DNA of 64,000 bases, from positions 15,719 to 79,718 of IMG/VR virus record IMGVR_UViG_3300044846_003365, one strand, 5' to 3'. A program made the position numbers and the translations under genes. The notes beneath the pieces are model-generated. The model did not search any database. It was given only the letters and a program-made list of their open reading frames with translations, and was not told where the DNA came from. Origin of the DNA: a virus. Shown in pieces: positions 46,687-56,240 of the stretch; within the stretch, counting starts at the first letter, position 1; each line of letters begins with the position of its first letter.

Positions 46687-47584
46687 CTTTGTCAACTTTC
46701 TTTTCAGGTGTGTCTTCGACAACCTCTGCATCAACAGTATCCTCTTCAGCAACGGGGGCAGATTCCAACACACTAGTGGCGAGCCGTTGCAAACGTTCTT
46801 GAATAACCGATGCTGCAGGTCTAATGTCAATCGTTACGTCAGAGTTAATGTCAAACCCTGCTCTAACTCCAGCACGGTCAAGTATCTCGGTAGCTGCTTT
46901 GAGCTTTACAGGTTCGCTCTCAGCTGAATCCATCAACTGCTCCAGTATGTCAACTGCTGCAGGTGTGGCTTGTGTCAATCTATCCCGTGCCCGTTCAACG
47001 CTATCCGTTGTCTTATTACGTAAAGAACCTAAATGGACCCTACACAAGCCGTCATCTTGTGGACGTCCTCCAGTCCAGAGCTGACATCGGATGCCGTCAT
47101 CCTTGATGGCTTTACATCTGTGAGGGAGGGGGGAGGCCTTACGTCCCAGCTTTAGGCCCTCGTTCTGTTCCTTAGCCCAAACCTTAGTCGAGCCCAATAC
47201 CCACGGAGGAACAATGTTGTCCGCTTCTGCTTCGGCTAGTAAATCGAAGCCCGTTAAGTAATCTGAGTTCTTATTACGGGCGTCCGCAAGAATGGGGGCT
47301 TTCTCTTCTAGAGAGAGCAGACGTTGTTTACTCTGCATCTCTTGGGAGAGGGCTTGGATGAGTCCAGTTGGGACGCCGTTAACTGCGTAAACAGGAATCC
47401 AATTCAGTCGCGCTCGCCGAAGGGCGGAACGGTTTTCAAAGGTGTCGACGCAAATACCTTTATCGGTTTCTTCGATACCGTAAACGCTTAGGTCTGGACG
47501 TAGGTTGGTAGGGGTGTCAACTTGAATCTCAGGGTCAACATCCTTAGCTCCGAAAGCGGAGGAAAGGTCTAGACTGTCTGACAT
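46673..47584 (-). CDS. Candidate terminase small subunit / DNA-packaging protein
   Basis: CKAIKDDGIRC..CRVHLG zinc knuckle plus AAVDILEQLM..SEPVKLKAATEILDRAG helical motif. Confidence 0.5.
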   Translation of the reverse strand: MSDSLDLSSAFGAKDVDPEIQVDTPTNLRPDLSVYGIEETDKGICVDTFENRSALRRARLNWIPVYAVNGVPTGLIQALSQEMQSKQRLLSLEEKAPILADARNKNSDYLTGFDLLAEAEADNIVPPWVLGSTKVWAKEQNEGLKLGRKASPLPHRCKAIKDDGIRCQLWTGGRPQDDGLCRVHLGSLRNKTTDSVERARDRLTQATPAAVDILEQLMDSAESEPVKLKAATEILDRAGVRAGFDINSDVTIDIRPAASVIQERLQRLATSVLESAPVAEEDTVDAEVVEDTPEKKVDKVESE

Positions 47585-47739
47585 CTATTTTGTCTTTCTA
47601 TAGTAGTTATAAAGTTAGGGAGACGGGCCGACATCGGGGAGAGACCAGCCGACCCGTCTCGTTTACGCGAAGTGTGGGTGTGGTACAAAACGTCCTGACT
47701 CTCCCTGACGCCGACGCCACTTCGCTGTCTAGGTCGCTC

Positions 47740-47952
47740 TTACTTCTCGGTTGAGACAGTGACAGTCTTAGGCGTCGAGATTGACGTAAGGACTGAGATA
47801 CCTGCTGCGGCTAGTGAGGCAAGGACGGACTGTGCAATGTCGACGTTAAGTACGCCAACTGCATCCGTTCCTACCAACGCAAGTAGGGTCTGAGCGAAAG
47901 TCTTAATTGCACGCTCGATAGCGCCAATCCAGAATTCTTTGGTAAGTAACAT
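47740..47952 (-). CDS. Holin (r1t family)
   Basis: FWIGAIERAIKTFAQT...SVLTSI. Confidence 0.85.
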   Translation of the reverse strand: MLLTKEFWIGAIERAIKTFAQTLLALVGTDAVGVLNVDIAQSVLASLAAAGISVLTSISTPKTVTVSTEK

Positions 47953-48066
47953 TGTTAACTCCTTAAGTTATGGAAGGTTACGTTAACAGTATGCCGGAGA
48001 AAAAATGGCGCGTGGAGAGAGACAGGGACACTTTGGCCATTTAGAAACGGAAAAAGAGCCCAGTAT

Positions 48067-48336
48067 TTATAAGGGTTTTAGGTCTTGCTTAATCTTTCTT
48101 AAAACTGATTCTGAATAGGTATTAATTCCGCCCCTAAACAAGGCTGGCATCTTCCCCTTTTGGTTGTTGCTTCGCTTCCACTTCTTCATAAAAGCTTTAA
48201 CTTTGAGAGCATGGGCAACCTCAACTTGGCCGTCTTCTGTCATCTCTAAAAACTTAATCCGTCGCCACGAATACAGGGTGTGAGGGGACATCCCAATGGC
48301 GTGGGCCACTTCTTTGATAGTGCCTTTTTCAATCAA
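48067..48336 (-). CDS. MerR-like HTH protein
   Basis: TIKEVAHAIGMSPHTLYSW. Confidence 0.6.
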   Translation of the reverse strand: MIEKGTIKEVAHAIGMSPHTLYSWRRIKFLEMTEDGQVEVAHALKVKAFMKKWKRSNNQKGKMPALFRGGINTYSESVLRKIKQDLKPL

Positions 48337-48967
48337 CTACTTCCAACACCTCCCGCTTGGGGTATGGCTGTGGTTTATATCTAAGCTTGGTGTTGAGGTC
48401 ACGGCGGCGCCATTTGTTGTTGGTATTGAAGTAAATGTATCTGTGCTTGCGGGGCCTCTCGTGGCGTTCGAGTCGCTCCCCAAAATACGCCTTTGCTCCA
48501 TTAACTCCTCCATGCTCATCGAATAAGTGTCGTGAGTGACTTGCTGATTTTCCATCTAATCTCCATTCCACGTGTCTGTCTGACATCCCTGTATAAATCC
48601 AATTGGTCGCTTGGTAGACAACCCCAATGTGCCCTGCCCCAATTTCGGCATAGCTCACGATGATGTCTTTATCCTTAGGTAACAACTTCAGGCTTCGGCC
48701 AATCAAGAATGACTCTGTGTTTTTGGGTGTCCCATCTTTAATCCAAAGACGAGTCAGCTCCAAAACCTTAGAGGATTCTTCTGGCCCACAGACTCCAACA
48801 CATAAAGCATTGGAGGCTGGCTTTCCATAAATTACACAACCAATCATTTCCTCATCATCGAAAAGACCATAGGCGAACATAGTCGACGCCCGTCGATGTA
48901 GGTAGTGATTCTCGACAACCATCTTGGTAGCAGACTTGCTGTCGATTTGTTTTATTGTATAATCCAT
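48329..48967 (-). CDS. Mom-family DNA modification protein (GNAT fold)
   Basis: NHYLH..ELTRLW..NTESFLI..VSYAE..GHIGVVYQATNWIYTG. Confidence 0.85.
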   Translation of the reverse strand: MDYTIKQIDSKSATKMVVENHYLHRRASTMFAYGLFDDEEMIGCVIYGKPASNALCVGVCGPEESSKVLELTRLWIKDGTPKNTESFLIGRSLKLLPKDKDIIVSYAEIGAGHIGVVYQATNWIYTGMSDRHVEWRLDGKSASHSRHLFDEHGGVNGAKAYFGERLERHERPRKHRYIYFNTNNKWRRRDLNTKLRYKPQPYPKREVLEVVD

Positions 48968-48969
48968 CT

Positions 48970-49161
48970 TTAGCTATCTTTGCAAGTGCAGTTGTCGCAA
49001 CAACCATCCTTCGCAATCAAATTAATTGGGTGCGCTTCTTCTATGAACCTGCCATTCTCATCTCGCTTTGGAGCAACAAACTTAGTTGCTGGTCCATGCT
49101 CGTAAGGCTTAAGTTCTCCTTTTCGAACAAACGCCCAAAAGTAATCTATTAGTTTTCTCAT
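48970..49161 (-). CDS. Small hypothetical protein
   Basis: GGAGGG RBS; contains KRDENGRFI and a Cys cluster. Confidence 0.5.
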   Translation of the reverse strand: MRKLIDYFWAFVRKGELKPYEHGPATKFVAPKRDENGRFIEEAHPINLIAKDGCCDNCTCKDS

Positions 49162-49170
49162 CTTCCCTCC

Positions 49171-49857
49171 TTACCTAACCTCGTAAATCGTATCTTTGTG
49201 GTGCCAAACTTTTACAGTCGGGTCTACCCAAATTTTGTATCCAGCCTTCTTAGCTCTTATACACCAAGAATAGTCCTCGCCTATGTTAGTTTCAAATCCA
49301 ACGCTGGGCCACTTTATTCTTTCAATCAAGAACCAAGGTCTTTCCATAGACTCAAAGACTCCAGACTTCATAGCCACGAATCCAAAACCTACTGCCCAAA
49401 CTTCTTGGGGTTCATCATGGAGTAGGAACTCGACTCCCAAGACTTTTCTTGGTAGACCTTCTGCATCTTCCAAAGCTAAGGCAACAGTCCCATTTGGATG
49501 AGTCTGGTAAAGTCCTGAGATTACTTCCTTATCACTTTCGTAGATTCGTACGAAGTCTTCGACGTCCCAAGAGACATCACTATCAATCCAAAAGATAACG
49601 CCATAGGTAAATTCGCCAGAGCCAATCTCCTTAGTGTCATAGTCATGGACGTAAGTATTGGTAGCCGTTAGCTCTCTAGCCGATGGAACAAAGGAAGAGC
49701 TTTTATTGAGCCATTTGTAGGTTAAGCCTTTTGAGTTGAGCCACTCTGTAGTTTGGACCAAGCTTTCAACATAGGCTGGCTCAAGGCTATCTCCGGGTGT
49801 AGCAATCAAGACGTCATAGTGAGGCTTAGTCAAAGTAATCCTCATCTTCATCGTCAT
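49171..49857 (-). CDS. GT-A-fold glycosyltransferase-like protein
   Basis: FWIDSD (DxD), GFGF, GEDYSWC, IWVDPTVKVWH. Confidence 0.75.
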   Translation of the reverse strand: MTMKMRITLTKPHYDVLIATPGDSLEPAYVESLVQTTEWLNSKGLTYKWLNKSSSFVPSARELTATNTYVHDYDTKEIGSGEFTYGVIFWIDSDVSWDVEDFVRIYESDKEVISGLYQTHPNGTVALALEDAEGLPRKVLGVEFLLHDEPQEVWAVGFGFVAMKSGVFESMERPWFLIERIKWPSVGFETNIGEDYSWCIRAKKAGYKIWVDPTVKVWHHKDTIYEVR

Positions 49858-50194
49858 CTAGCTTATTTCTGTTATTACCTGACTCAAAGCTGAGCTCATC
49901 TACATCCTCAGAGCTTTTTGCCATCCACTGGGGAATCAAAGACATAGCCTCACGAGTTGTCATCTCGTTCTCAATCTTGTCCCAATCTACAGGGTCAACC
50001 AAGCAAGTCTTTAGAAGCTTTAGGATTTTCTCTGTCTTTTGGTCCATAGGGGTCTTAGCAAAATCAATCATTGCAGCAAGTGGCAATTCACTCAAAGACA
50101 CGACATTAATCTCCCCAAAGCTAGTCTTTAGGGATACTAGGTCAACTTCATCAAAAGAGTTGTCTATTTGGTTTCTTACAAAGTCTTCTTCCAC
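49826..50194 (-). CDS. Hypothetical protein
   Basis: 122-aa ORF within the operon. Confidence 0.6.
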   Translation of the reverse strand: MEEDFVRNQIDNSFDEVDLVSLKTSFGEINVVSLSELPLAAMIDFAKTPMDQKTEKILKLLKTCLVDPVDWDKIENEMTTREAMSLIPQWMAKSSEDVDELSFESGNNRNKLDDDEDEDYFD

Positions 50195-50650
50195 TTAGGC
50201 CTGCTCTCTACAGCTTCTACACAATAGGGCGTCATACCCAGTTGCATCATTCTGAATCCTACCTTCGGCAGTTACAGGAACTGGAGCAATAGGACCCTCA
50301 GTTTCACATCTATCGCACCGTTGGTCCACTACCCACTCAACCGTTGCTCCAGCTTGAGTAGCTTTTACAATTCCTTGAGTCAGAGCATGTAGCCCACCTC
50401 CACCATGAGTCTTTCTCATAAAGACCCTAGTGTTGCTACTCTCAACTACCACCCTCGGATTCTTACAAGGGCAAGCTTGCTTCAAGGCATTACAAACGTG
50501 AACGCCCCTACTTTCCAAAAAGCTATGAAACTTTAGTGAATGACCACAGATACAAATGCGACCATCTCTAGTTCCATACTTGTCAACTCGCTCCAAAGCT
50601 TCAGTAGCTTCGTCCTCAGTTATGTCCAAAAATTCGTACACAGACGACAT
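50195..50650 (-). CDS. Cys/His-rich zinc-binding protein
   Basis: CICGH..C..CPC..CDRC..CRSC. Confidence 0.65.
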   Translation of the reverse strand: MSSVYEFLDITEDEATEALERVDKYGTRDGRICICGHSLKFHSFLESRGVHVCNALKQACPCKNPRVVVESSNTRVFMRKTHGGGGLHALTQGIVKATQAGATVEWVVDQRCDRCETEGPIAPVPVTAEGRIQNDATGYDALLCRSCREQA

Positions 50651-51111
50651 TTTCCAACCTCCATCTAAACATCAATTTTTTAAAGATTATCACAAAAATA
50701 AACCTAAGTCAACTCAATTAACCTAATAACTCAATGAACTGAGTTTTTACTACGCATATGTGTATATATATACTTTCTACCAAATTCTCAGTCTATTAGG
50801 TTATTAGGTTTATTAGGTTTGTTTTACTATACAATTTTAGCCAAATACTATCAATAAAATCACAAGTAAAAAGCGTTCTCAATGATAGTACCCTCTCCCC
50901 TAGTACTATCAAGAAAAACAAATTTTCTCTAACTTTTTCAGTGATAGTACTAGCTATTTTAATCATTAATTAAAACGACGCCAACCTTCAGTCCATTAGG
51001 TTTTTAGGTTCATTAGGTTTTTAATGACGTCCAATTTAATGTACGATTCTTAGTTTCCAAAACCGTTAATGTATAACAATCAAATAAAAAGTTTTACCCT
51101 AAAATAGACAC
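50651..51111. repeat. AT-rich intergenic region with TTAGGTT and GATAGTA repeats (candidate origin)
   Basis: Repeats in both orientations at a divergent strand switch. Confidence 0.5.
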
Positions 51112-51345
51112 ATGAACCAAAACGATTACCAAGAAAACATCCAAGCTAATCTTAGAAAGATTAAGTTAGCAACCCACGTAATCGCCGAAGCTCACACAAA
51201 TTTACTAGAACCAATCTTTCCAGAAGATAAAGCAGACCTTCTTCTCGCAACCGAGGACTTGGCTACTACAGCCTTTGAACTCATGGAGGATGTCCGCTCT
51301 TCTATCTGGAGTGATAACTTAACAGGACCAACCACAGAAAGCTAA
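51112..51345 (+). CDS. Hypothetical protein (leaderless)
   Basis: TAAAAT 6 nt before the ATG. Confidence 0.6.
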   Translation: MNQNDYQENIQANLRKIKLATHVIAEAHTNLLEPIFPEDKADLLLATEDLATTAFELMEDVRSSIWSDNLTGPTTES

Positions 51346-51464
51346 GCCCCAAATGCTACGCCCCAAGTATAGGGGCGATGCGGGAGAGAATCGCCACAAT
51401 TCAATAATAAAAGACCCCCCAGCTTTTGAAGATAATCAAAAACTAAGGGGTCTATTAAAGCTGT

Positions 51465-51647
51465 CTAGCGACGCTTTTTCAGCGGTTCGCCCAAGTCACC
51501 TAGTAGCCCAGATGCAGCTTTCTTTGCCTTGCCCTGCTTTAGAGCCTGACCTACAGCCACCAACACTAGTACTAGGAACTCCAGTAGAAATAGGGCCAAA
51601 GCTCCTACAAAGAAGCTACCCCAATCCAACACAAAAGAAATTACCAT
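51465..51647 (-). CDS. Small membrane protein
   Basis: GGAGGTG RBS; hydrophobic N-terminal half. Confidence 0.6.
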   Translation of the reverse strand: MVISFVLDWGSFFVGALALFLLEFLVLVLVAVGQALKQGKAKKAASGLLGDLGEPLKKRR

Positions 51648-51722
51648 TTCTCACCTCCGATTCCATTCATACTCAGATTCTACACACAATCACAGAAAAA
51701 AGCAAACACAAAGGATTAAGTA

Positions 51723-52040
51723 ATGTCAACAGCATTTAACGTATTTCTCCGTATTATAGCAACCTTCGTAGCGTCAGCCCTAGGCGTCATTGGAGCTGGT
51801 GCAGTTATGGGCGTAGAGCTATGGCTAGCTATGGCTATGGGAGGAATCCTAGCTGTAGCCAAGGTAGTAGAGCGTTTAGCCGTTGCCTTCCTAGAAGACG
51901 GCAGGCTCACTAGGGCAGAGATAAACGCAGCCTTCGCCCCAGCCATGACCCTTAAGGGTGTCGATGCTGAAGGCAACTCCACCAAACCACTTAAGAAAAC
52001 AACAACTAAGAGAAAGTCAGCAACAACAAAGAATGTTTAA
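51723..52040 (+). CDS. Holin-like membrane protein
   Basis: Two transmembrane segments, DGRLTRAEINAAF, basic tail. Confidence 0.6.
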   Translation: MSTAFNVFLRIIATFVASALGVIGAGAVMGVELWLAMAMGGILAVAKVVERLAVAFLEDGRLTRAEINAAFAPAMTLKGVDAEGNSTKPLKKTTTKRKSATTKNV

Positions 52041-53988
52041 AAGCAAGCTCAAACTAAACAAGATACTTCTAGCATCCCTGCTCGCATTTGCCCCCTCAAT
52101 ACTAGGAGCAGACTTAGCTCGCGCTAACTCCTGTGTCTACCCCGGACAGGAAGCTGCAGTAGCTGCTGCCCAGCAAAACGCCTCAACTGAACCAGTAGTT
52201 GTAGAAATTAATACCTGTGGTGGAGATGATATCTCTTATCAGATTCCTCTATCCGTTGATGTAACTTTTGATGGAGTAACTTACAACAGCGTTTACGCTA
52301 CTACTAACTCAGTAATTACTTTTGGTGCCCCAGACGGAACTTACTGGACTTACCCATCTACTCCATCCATTTCCCTTTACTCCTTCGACTGGGTTGTCTA
52401 TCCACAGTGGAGAAGTGACGAGCACCTTATTATTCGTTCGTCAGATGGTGGATTTCAAGTAGACATTTCTGCCAGACCTATTTGGCTACAAAACGCAACA
52501 GAGCCAACACGCATTGTTATTACTGCAGCCATCCTTTCAGATGGCACAGTTGCTATGGCTTACACCCTAAGTGGCCCAGAGTATCCAGACAATAACCCTA
52601 GAACTGGAGTACGTCTAAATGACGGAAGCATTGTTGATTTCGAGACTTACGGAATTGATGAGACAGAAGAAGTACCAGTAATCACTCCAGAGCCACAGCC
52701 AGAGAACCCCTTTGAACCTGAGCCAACCCCTGAGCCTACGCCAGAGCCTACCCCCACACCAGAGCCAGAGCCTACTCCTGAACCCACACCTGAGCCAGAG
52801 CCCACACCAGAACCTACCCCAGAACCGACTCCTACCCCCACTCCACCAACTATTCCAGATGGCGCAACAGTAACAAATGAAGGCTCATTTGTTGAGATAG
52901 TTGCCCCTGAAGGTCAGAGAATTGCGAGCGCTACTGGATACTATGGAGACCCTAACGATGGAACTCGTGGAGAAGACGTATCTTCTATTTTGTTTGGCTT
53001 ACTAGCTGGACAGACTTCAGCAACAGTAGAAGTATCAAATACAACTTTTCAGGGTGACCCAGCAGGTGGCACACCTAAGGTGCTAATTCTTCTTCTTACT
53101 TATGAAGACATTCCAGTAGAACCAAACCCAGAACCAACCCCAACACCTGAGCCGACTCCAGAACCTACACCTGAGCCGACACCAGAGCCACCACTACCTA
53201 CTCCAAACCCAGAGCCTACTCCGACTCCAACTCCCGAACCAACAGTGCCCCCAACACCGACACCAACAGAACCACCAACACCTGAACCAACACAGGAGCC
53301 AGAGCCACAGCCGACACCAGAGCCAGAAGTGGAACCAACGCCAGAAGAACCAACAACCCCACCAACTGAGCCAACTGAAGAACCATTACCAGAACCTACT
53401 CCTAATCCAGAAGAAACAGTAGAACTTCCAGAAGAGATAACTCCTGAAGTTCTAATGGAACTTAATCTAGATGAAATTATAGCAACAGACCTTACTCCAG
53501 CGCAAGCTGAAGCTCTTGTTGAAGCAGCTCTAGAAACCTTTGAGACAGCCGAGCAGGGCTCACCAGAGTATGAGCAAGCTCTAGATGCCCTTTATCTAGC
53601 GTCCCAGCAGGACGACATCGTACTAGATGAAGAGCTAGCAGCTATCCCACTTCTAGGTGACGCTTTGGTAGGAGCCATTGATTTGGTAAACGCCTTAGGT
53701 AACGCAGGTTCTGACATGAGCCCACAAGTACGTGAGACCTCAGAAGAAGTTGTAGTAGCAGCCGTCATTGTTGGACAAGTTGCAACCGTTGCCACAATGG
53801 CAGCTGGTTCAGCTCCAGTAGGAGGCTCAGCACCAACAGGTGGCTCAGGAGGCGGAGGAGCTCCAGTAGGCAACGAATCCAAATCTAAGCCAAAGACTCG
53901 CAAACAAGTAAAGACAAAAGCAAAAGCAAAAACAAAAACAAAAACAACAATCAAAAAACCACGTATCAAATTCAGAAGGAGCAAATAA
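52033..53988 (+). CDS. Exported/surface protein with NIDO-like and SUEL-lectin-like domains and Pro-Thr-Glu repeats
   Basis: Signal peptide, PEPT repeats, C-terminal hydrophobic stretch and Lys-rich tail. Confidence 0.7.
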   Translation: MFKSKLKLNKILLASLLAFAPSILGADLARANSCVYPGQEAAVAAAQQNASTEPVVVEINTCGGDDISYQIPLSVDVTFDGVTYNSVYATTNSVITFGAPDGTYWTYPSTPSISLYSFDWVVYPQWRSDEHLIIRSSDGGFQVDISARPIWLQNATEPTRIVITAAILSDGTVAMAYTLSGPEYPDNNPRTGVRLNDGSIVDFETYGIDETEEVPVITPEPQPENPFEPEPTPEPTPEPTPTPEPEPTPEPTPEPEPTPEPTPEPTPTPTPPTIPDGATVTNEGSFVEIVAPEGQRIASATGYYGDPNDGTRGEDVSSILFGLLAGQTSATVEVSNTTFQGDPAGGTPKVLILLLTYEDIPVEPNPEPTPTPEPTPEPTPEPTPEPPLPTPNPEPTPTPTPEPTVPPTPTPTEPPTPEPTQEPEPQPTPEPEVEPTPEEPTTPPTEPTEEPLPEPTPNPEETVELPEEITPEVLMELNLDEIIATDLTPAQAEALVEAALETFETAEQGSPEYEQALDALYLASQQDDIVLDEELAAIPLLGDALVGAIDLVNALGNAGSDMSPQVRETSEEVVVAAVIVGQVATVATMAAGSAPVGGSAPTGGSGGGGAPVGNESKSKPKTRKQVKTKAKAKTKTKTTIKKPRIKFRRSK

Positions 53989-54174
53989 ATGATTCACTTC
54001 CTAATCGCACTAGCTAAGGATTTAATCGACCAAGCATGGACTCTACTAGGAATGGCTATCGCATGGCTAGTACTAGAGGGTTCTGCACGTGACCTAACAG
54101 GAATGCTAATTATTCTCACACTACTTGTTTGGATAGTTACTTTCCCTATGCGTTACGAAAAAGAAGAAGAGTAA
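53989..54174 (+). CDS. Small membrane protein
   Basis: DQAWTLLGMAIAWLVLEGSAR. Confidence 0.65.
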   Translation: MIHFLIALAKDLIDQAWTLLGMAIAWLVLEGSARDLTGMLIILTLLVWIVTFPMRYEKEEE

Positions 54175-54176
54175 AC

Positions 54177-54587
54177 ATGTACGAGTACAGAGTTAAGCAA
54201 GTCCTAAAAGTAGTTGATGGAGACACTATTGATGTTGACATTGACTTAGGCTTTAACATTTCCTACACTCAGCGAGTTCGTCTTGCTGGTATTGATACTC
54301 CAGAGTCTCGCACTACAGACAAGGCTGAAAAGGCTCTTGGACTGGAAGTTAAGAAGCACTTAGGGGAATTACTAAAGTCTTCCAAGGAAATAGTTATTCG
54401 TACTGAAAAGCCAGATTCCACTGAGAAGTATGGCCGAATTCTTGGTTGGATTTTCCTAGATGGTTCACACGAGTCCGTTAATACAGCACTAATTGCAGAC
54501 GGGTACGCGTGGGACTACATGGGAGAAACCAAAGTAAAAGACTTTGAGCTACTTCGTCAGCGCAGAGAGGCCAAGTCAAAATCCTAG
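54177..54587 (+). CDS. Staphylococcal-nuclease-like (thermonuclease) protein
   Basis: VVDGDTID..RVRLAGIDTPE..KYGRILG. Confidence 0.9.
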   Translation: MYEYRVKQVLKVVDGDTIDVDIDLGFNISYTQRVRLAGIDTPESRTTDKAEKALGLEVKKHLGELLKSSKEIVIRTEKPDSTEKYGRILGWIFLDGSHESVNTALIADGYAWDYMGETKVKDFELLRQRREAKSKS

Positions 54588-54640
54588 CTTTAAGTTAATA
54601 TAGTTAAGTAAAGGCCAAACCACTAGTAAGGAAGATACAA

Positions 54641-55870
54641 ATGGCAAAAGCACAATTCCCGATTGATGGGAAACAAGGAAAAGCTTGGAAGATAACAAGT
54701 CCATATGGATGGCGCGTGCATCCCATAGAGAAAATCAAAAAGCATCATAATGGCGATGATATCTGGGGACCTGCAGCAAAGATTTATTGCGAAGCTTGGC
54801 ATGATGGAACAGTTGTTTACGCTGGAACCTCAAAGCTAAAAAACGCTGATGGCTCGCTTGGTGGCGTAGGTTACTACGTAGACCTAAGAAGCAAAGTTAA
54901 TGGTAAGTGGTATGTAGCACGCTATGGTCACATGGTTGAAGGTAGCCTAAAGGTCACTACTGGCCAGAAGGTAGAAGCAGGAACCATTCTTGGAATCATG
55001 GGAAACACTGGAGCTAGCGCAGGACGCCACCTACACTTTGAGATTGTCGAAGGCAAGAAGCACGTTTGGGACCTAAAGGGTAAGGGCTTTGTTAGCCCTA
55101 TCGCTTTTGTTAAGTCTGTAATTGAGCAGGAAAAGCTAGTTGCTCAAGGCAAGGTTGAAACTCCAGAAACAGCTCCTGTTACTGAGACTCCAGTCAATCA
55201 CGAAGAGGTTGGAGCCAAGCTTATGGAAGAAGAGAAAGCAAAACCAGCTCCAGTAGCTAAACCAGCCGTTACTGCAAAAGCTCCTGTAAAGAAAGCAGGC
55301 GCTATAGAGCCACACCCAATCATTGCAAAGCATGGTCTAACTCTTGGAACCGTTGACGCAGTAATGGCATTGGCTAAGCACTTTGTTGACAAGAAGTATG
55401 TTGAAGGACCAAAGAAAGACACCATCTTTGGAAAGTTCATGGGACTTAACTACGCACCTTGGTGTGCGTCTTTTGTTTCCTATGTCTTTCAAAAGTCAGG
55501 TGCAGGATACATTGTTAGAAACGCACAGACCCCTAAAGGTTTTGTAGGTTGTACAGCAGGCATCAATGGTCTAAAAAAGAAAGGCTTCAAGACTGTAAAA
55601 GTTACTGAAGCTTTACCAGGCGACATCATCTTCTTTGACTGGGAGCGCAACAATGACCCAGACCACGTAGGACTTGTTCTTAAGACCAACCCTAAGAAGA
55701 AAACAATTACTTGCTATGAAGGAAACACCACCAACGGAATGGGCGGTTCTCAGTCAAACGGTGGCGGTTGCTTCAAGCGTGACCGTCGCTACGACCAAGT
55801 ATTTGTTGTAATTCGCCCTGAGTTTAAAGCTCCAAAGGTTGCACCAGTTGATGCAACTCCTACTAACTAA
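54641..55870 (+). CDS. Endolysin, M23 peptidase plus CHAP
   Basis: HNGDD..HLHFE (M23); PWCASFVS..PGDIIFF..HVGLV..EGN (CHAP). Confidence 0.9.
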   Translation: MAKAQFPIDGKQGKAWKITSPYGWRVHPIEKIKKHHNGDDIWGPAAKIYCEAWHDGTVVYAGTSKLKNADGSLGGVGYYVDLRSKVNGKWYVARYGHMVEGSLKVTTGQKVEAGTILGIMGNTGASAGRHLHFEIVEGKKHVWDLKGKGFVSPIAFVKSVIEQEKLVAQGKVETPETAPVTETPVNHEEVGAKLMEEEKAKPAPVAKPAVTAKAPVKKAGAIEPHPIIAKHGLTLGTVDAVMALAKHFVDKKYVEGPKKDTIFGKFMGLNYAPWCASFVSYVFQKSGAGYIVRNAQTPKGFVGCTAGINGLKKKGFKTVKVTEALPGDIIFFDWERNNDPDHVGLVLKTNPKKKTITCYEGNTTNGMGGSQSNGGGCFKRDRRYDQVFVVIRPEFKAPKVAPVDATPTN

Positions 55871-55896
55871 TGCTAGACTTCAGAAGGAGGTAAATA

Positions 55897-56136
55897 ATGG
55901 CAAAACTGAAAGACATTTGGACTTGGCTTAAAGGCGAAGGACCTACTCTAGTTATCAATGCTAGAGATGCAGACGGAGATGGAGTTATCCAAGAAGGAAC
56001 TCCATTTGAGCGACCAGCTAAAAAGAAGGCTCCTGCAAAGAAGCCAGTAGCTAAGAAAGCTACAGCAACCACTAAGAAGCCAGTAGCTAAGAAACCTGCT
56101 ACGGCTCCTAAGAAGGTCGCTCCAAAAAAGAAGTAA
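55897..56136 (+). CDS. Small basic protein with PAKK histone-like repeats
   Basis: DADGDGVIQEGTPFER followed by Lys/Ala/Pro repeats. Confidence 0.7.
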   Translation: MAKLKDIWTWLKGEGPTLVINARDADGDGVIQEGTPFERPAKKKAPAKKPVAKKATATTKKPVAKKPATAPKKVAPKKK

Positions 56137-56153
56137 AACACTTTCTTAAAAAG

Positions 56154-56240
56154 AAAACCCCCCAGAGCAACAACTGGGGGGTTTCCCTTTATCACAGAAA
56201 GGAATCAAACATGAACAGACAATCGTAAACATCTGGCCAC
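56154..56240 (-). ncRNA. Candidate small RNA B (anti-SD/anti-AUG)
   Basis: TGcTAGAAT -10; start at GUGGC; bidirectional terminator; paralog of C. Confidence 0.55.

Noticed and set aside
52647-53984. Minus-strand Gly/Ser/Val-repeat ORFs
   Set aside because: Antisense reading of the PEPT repeats and C-terminus of the surface protein.
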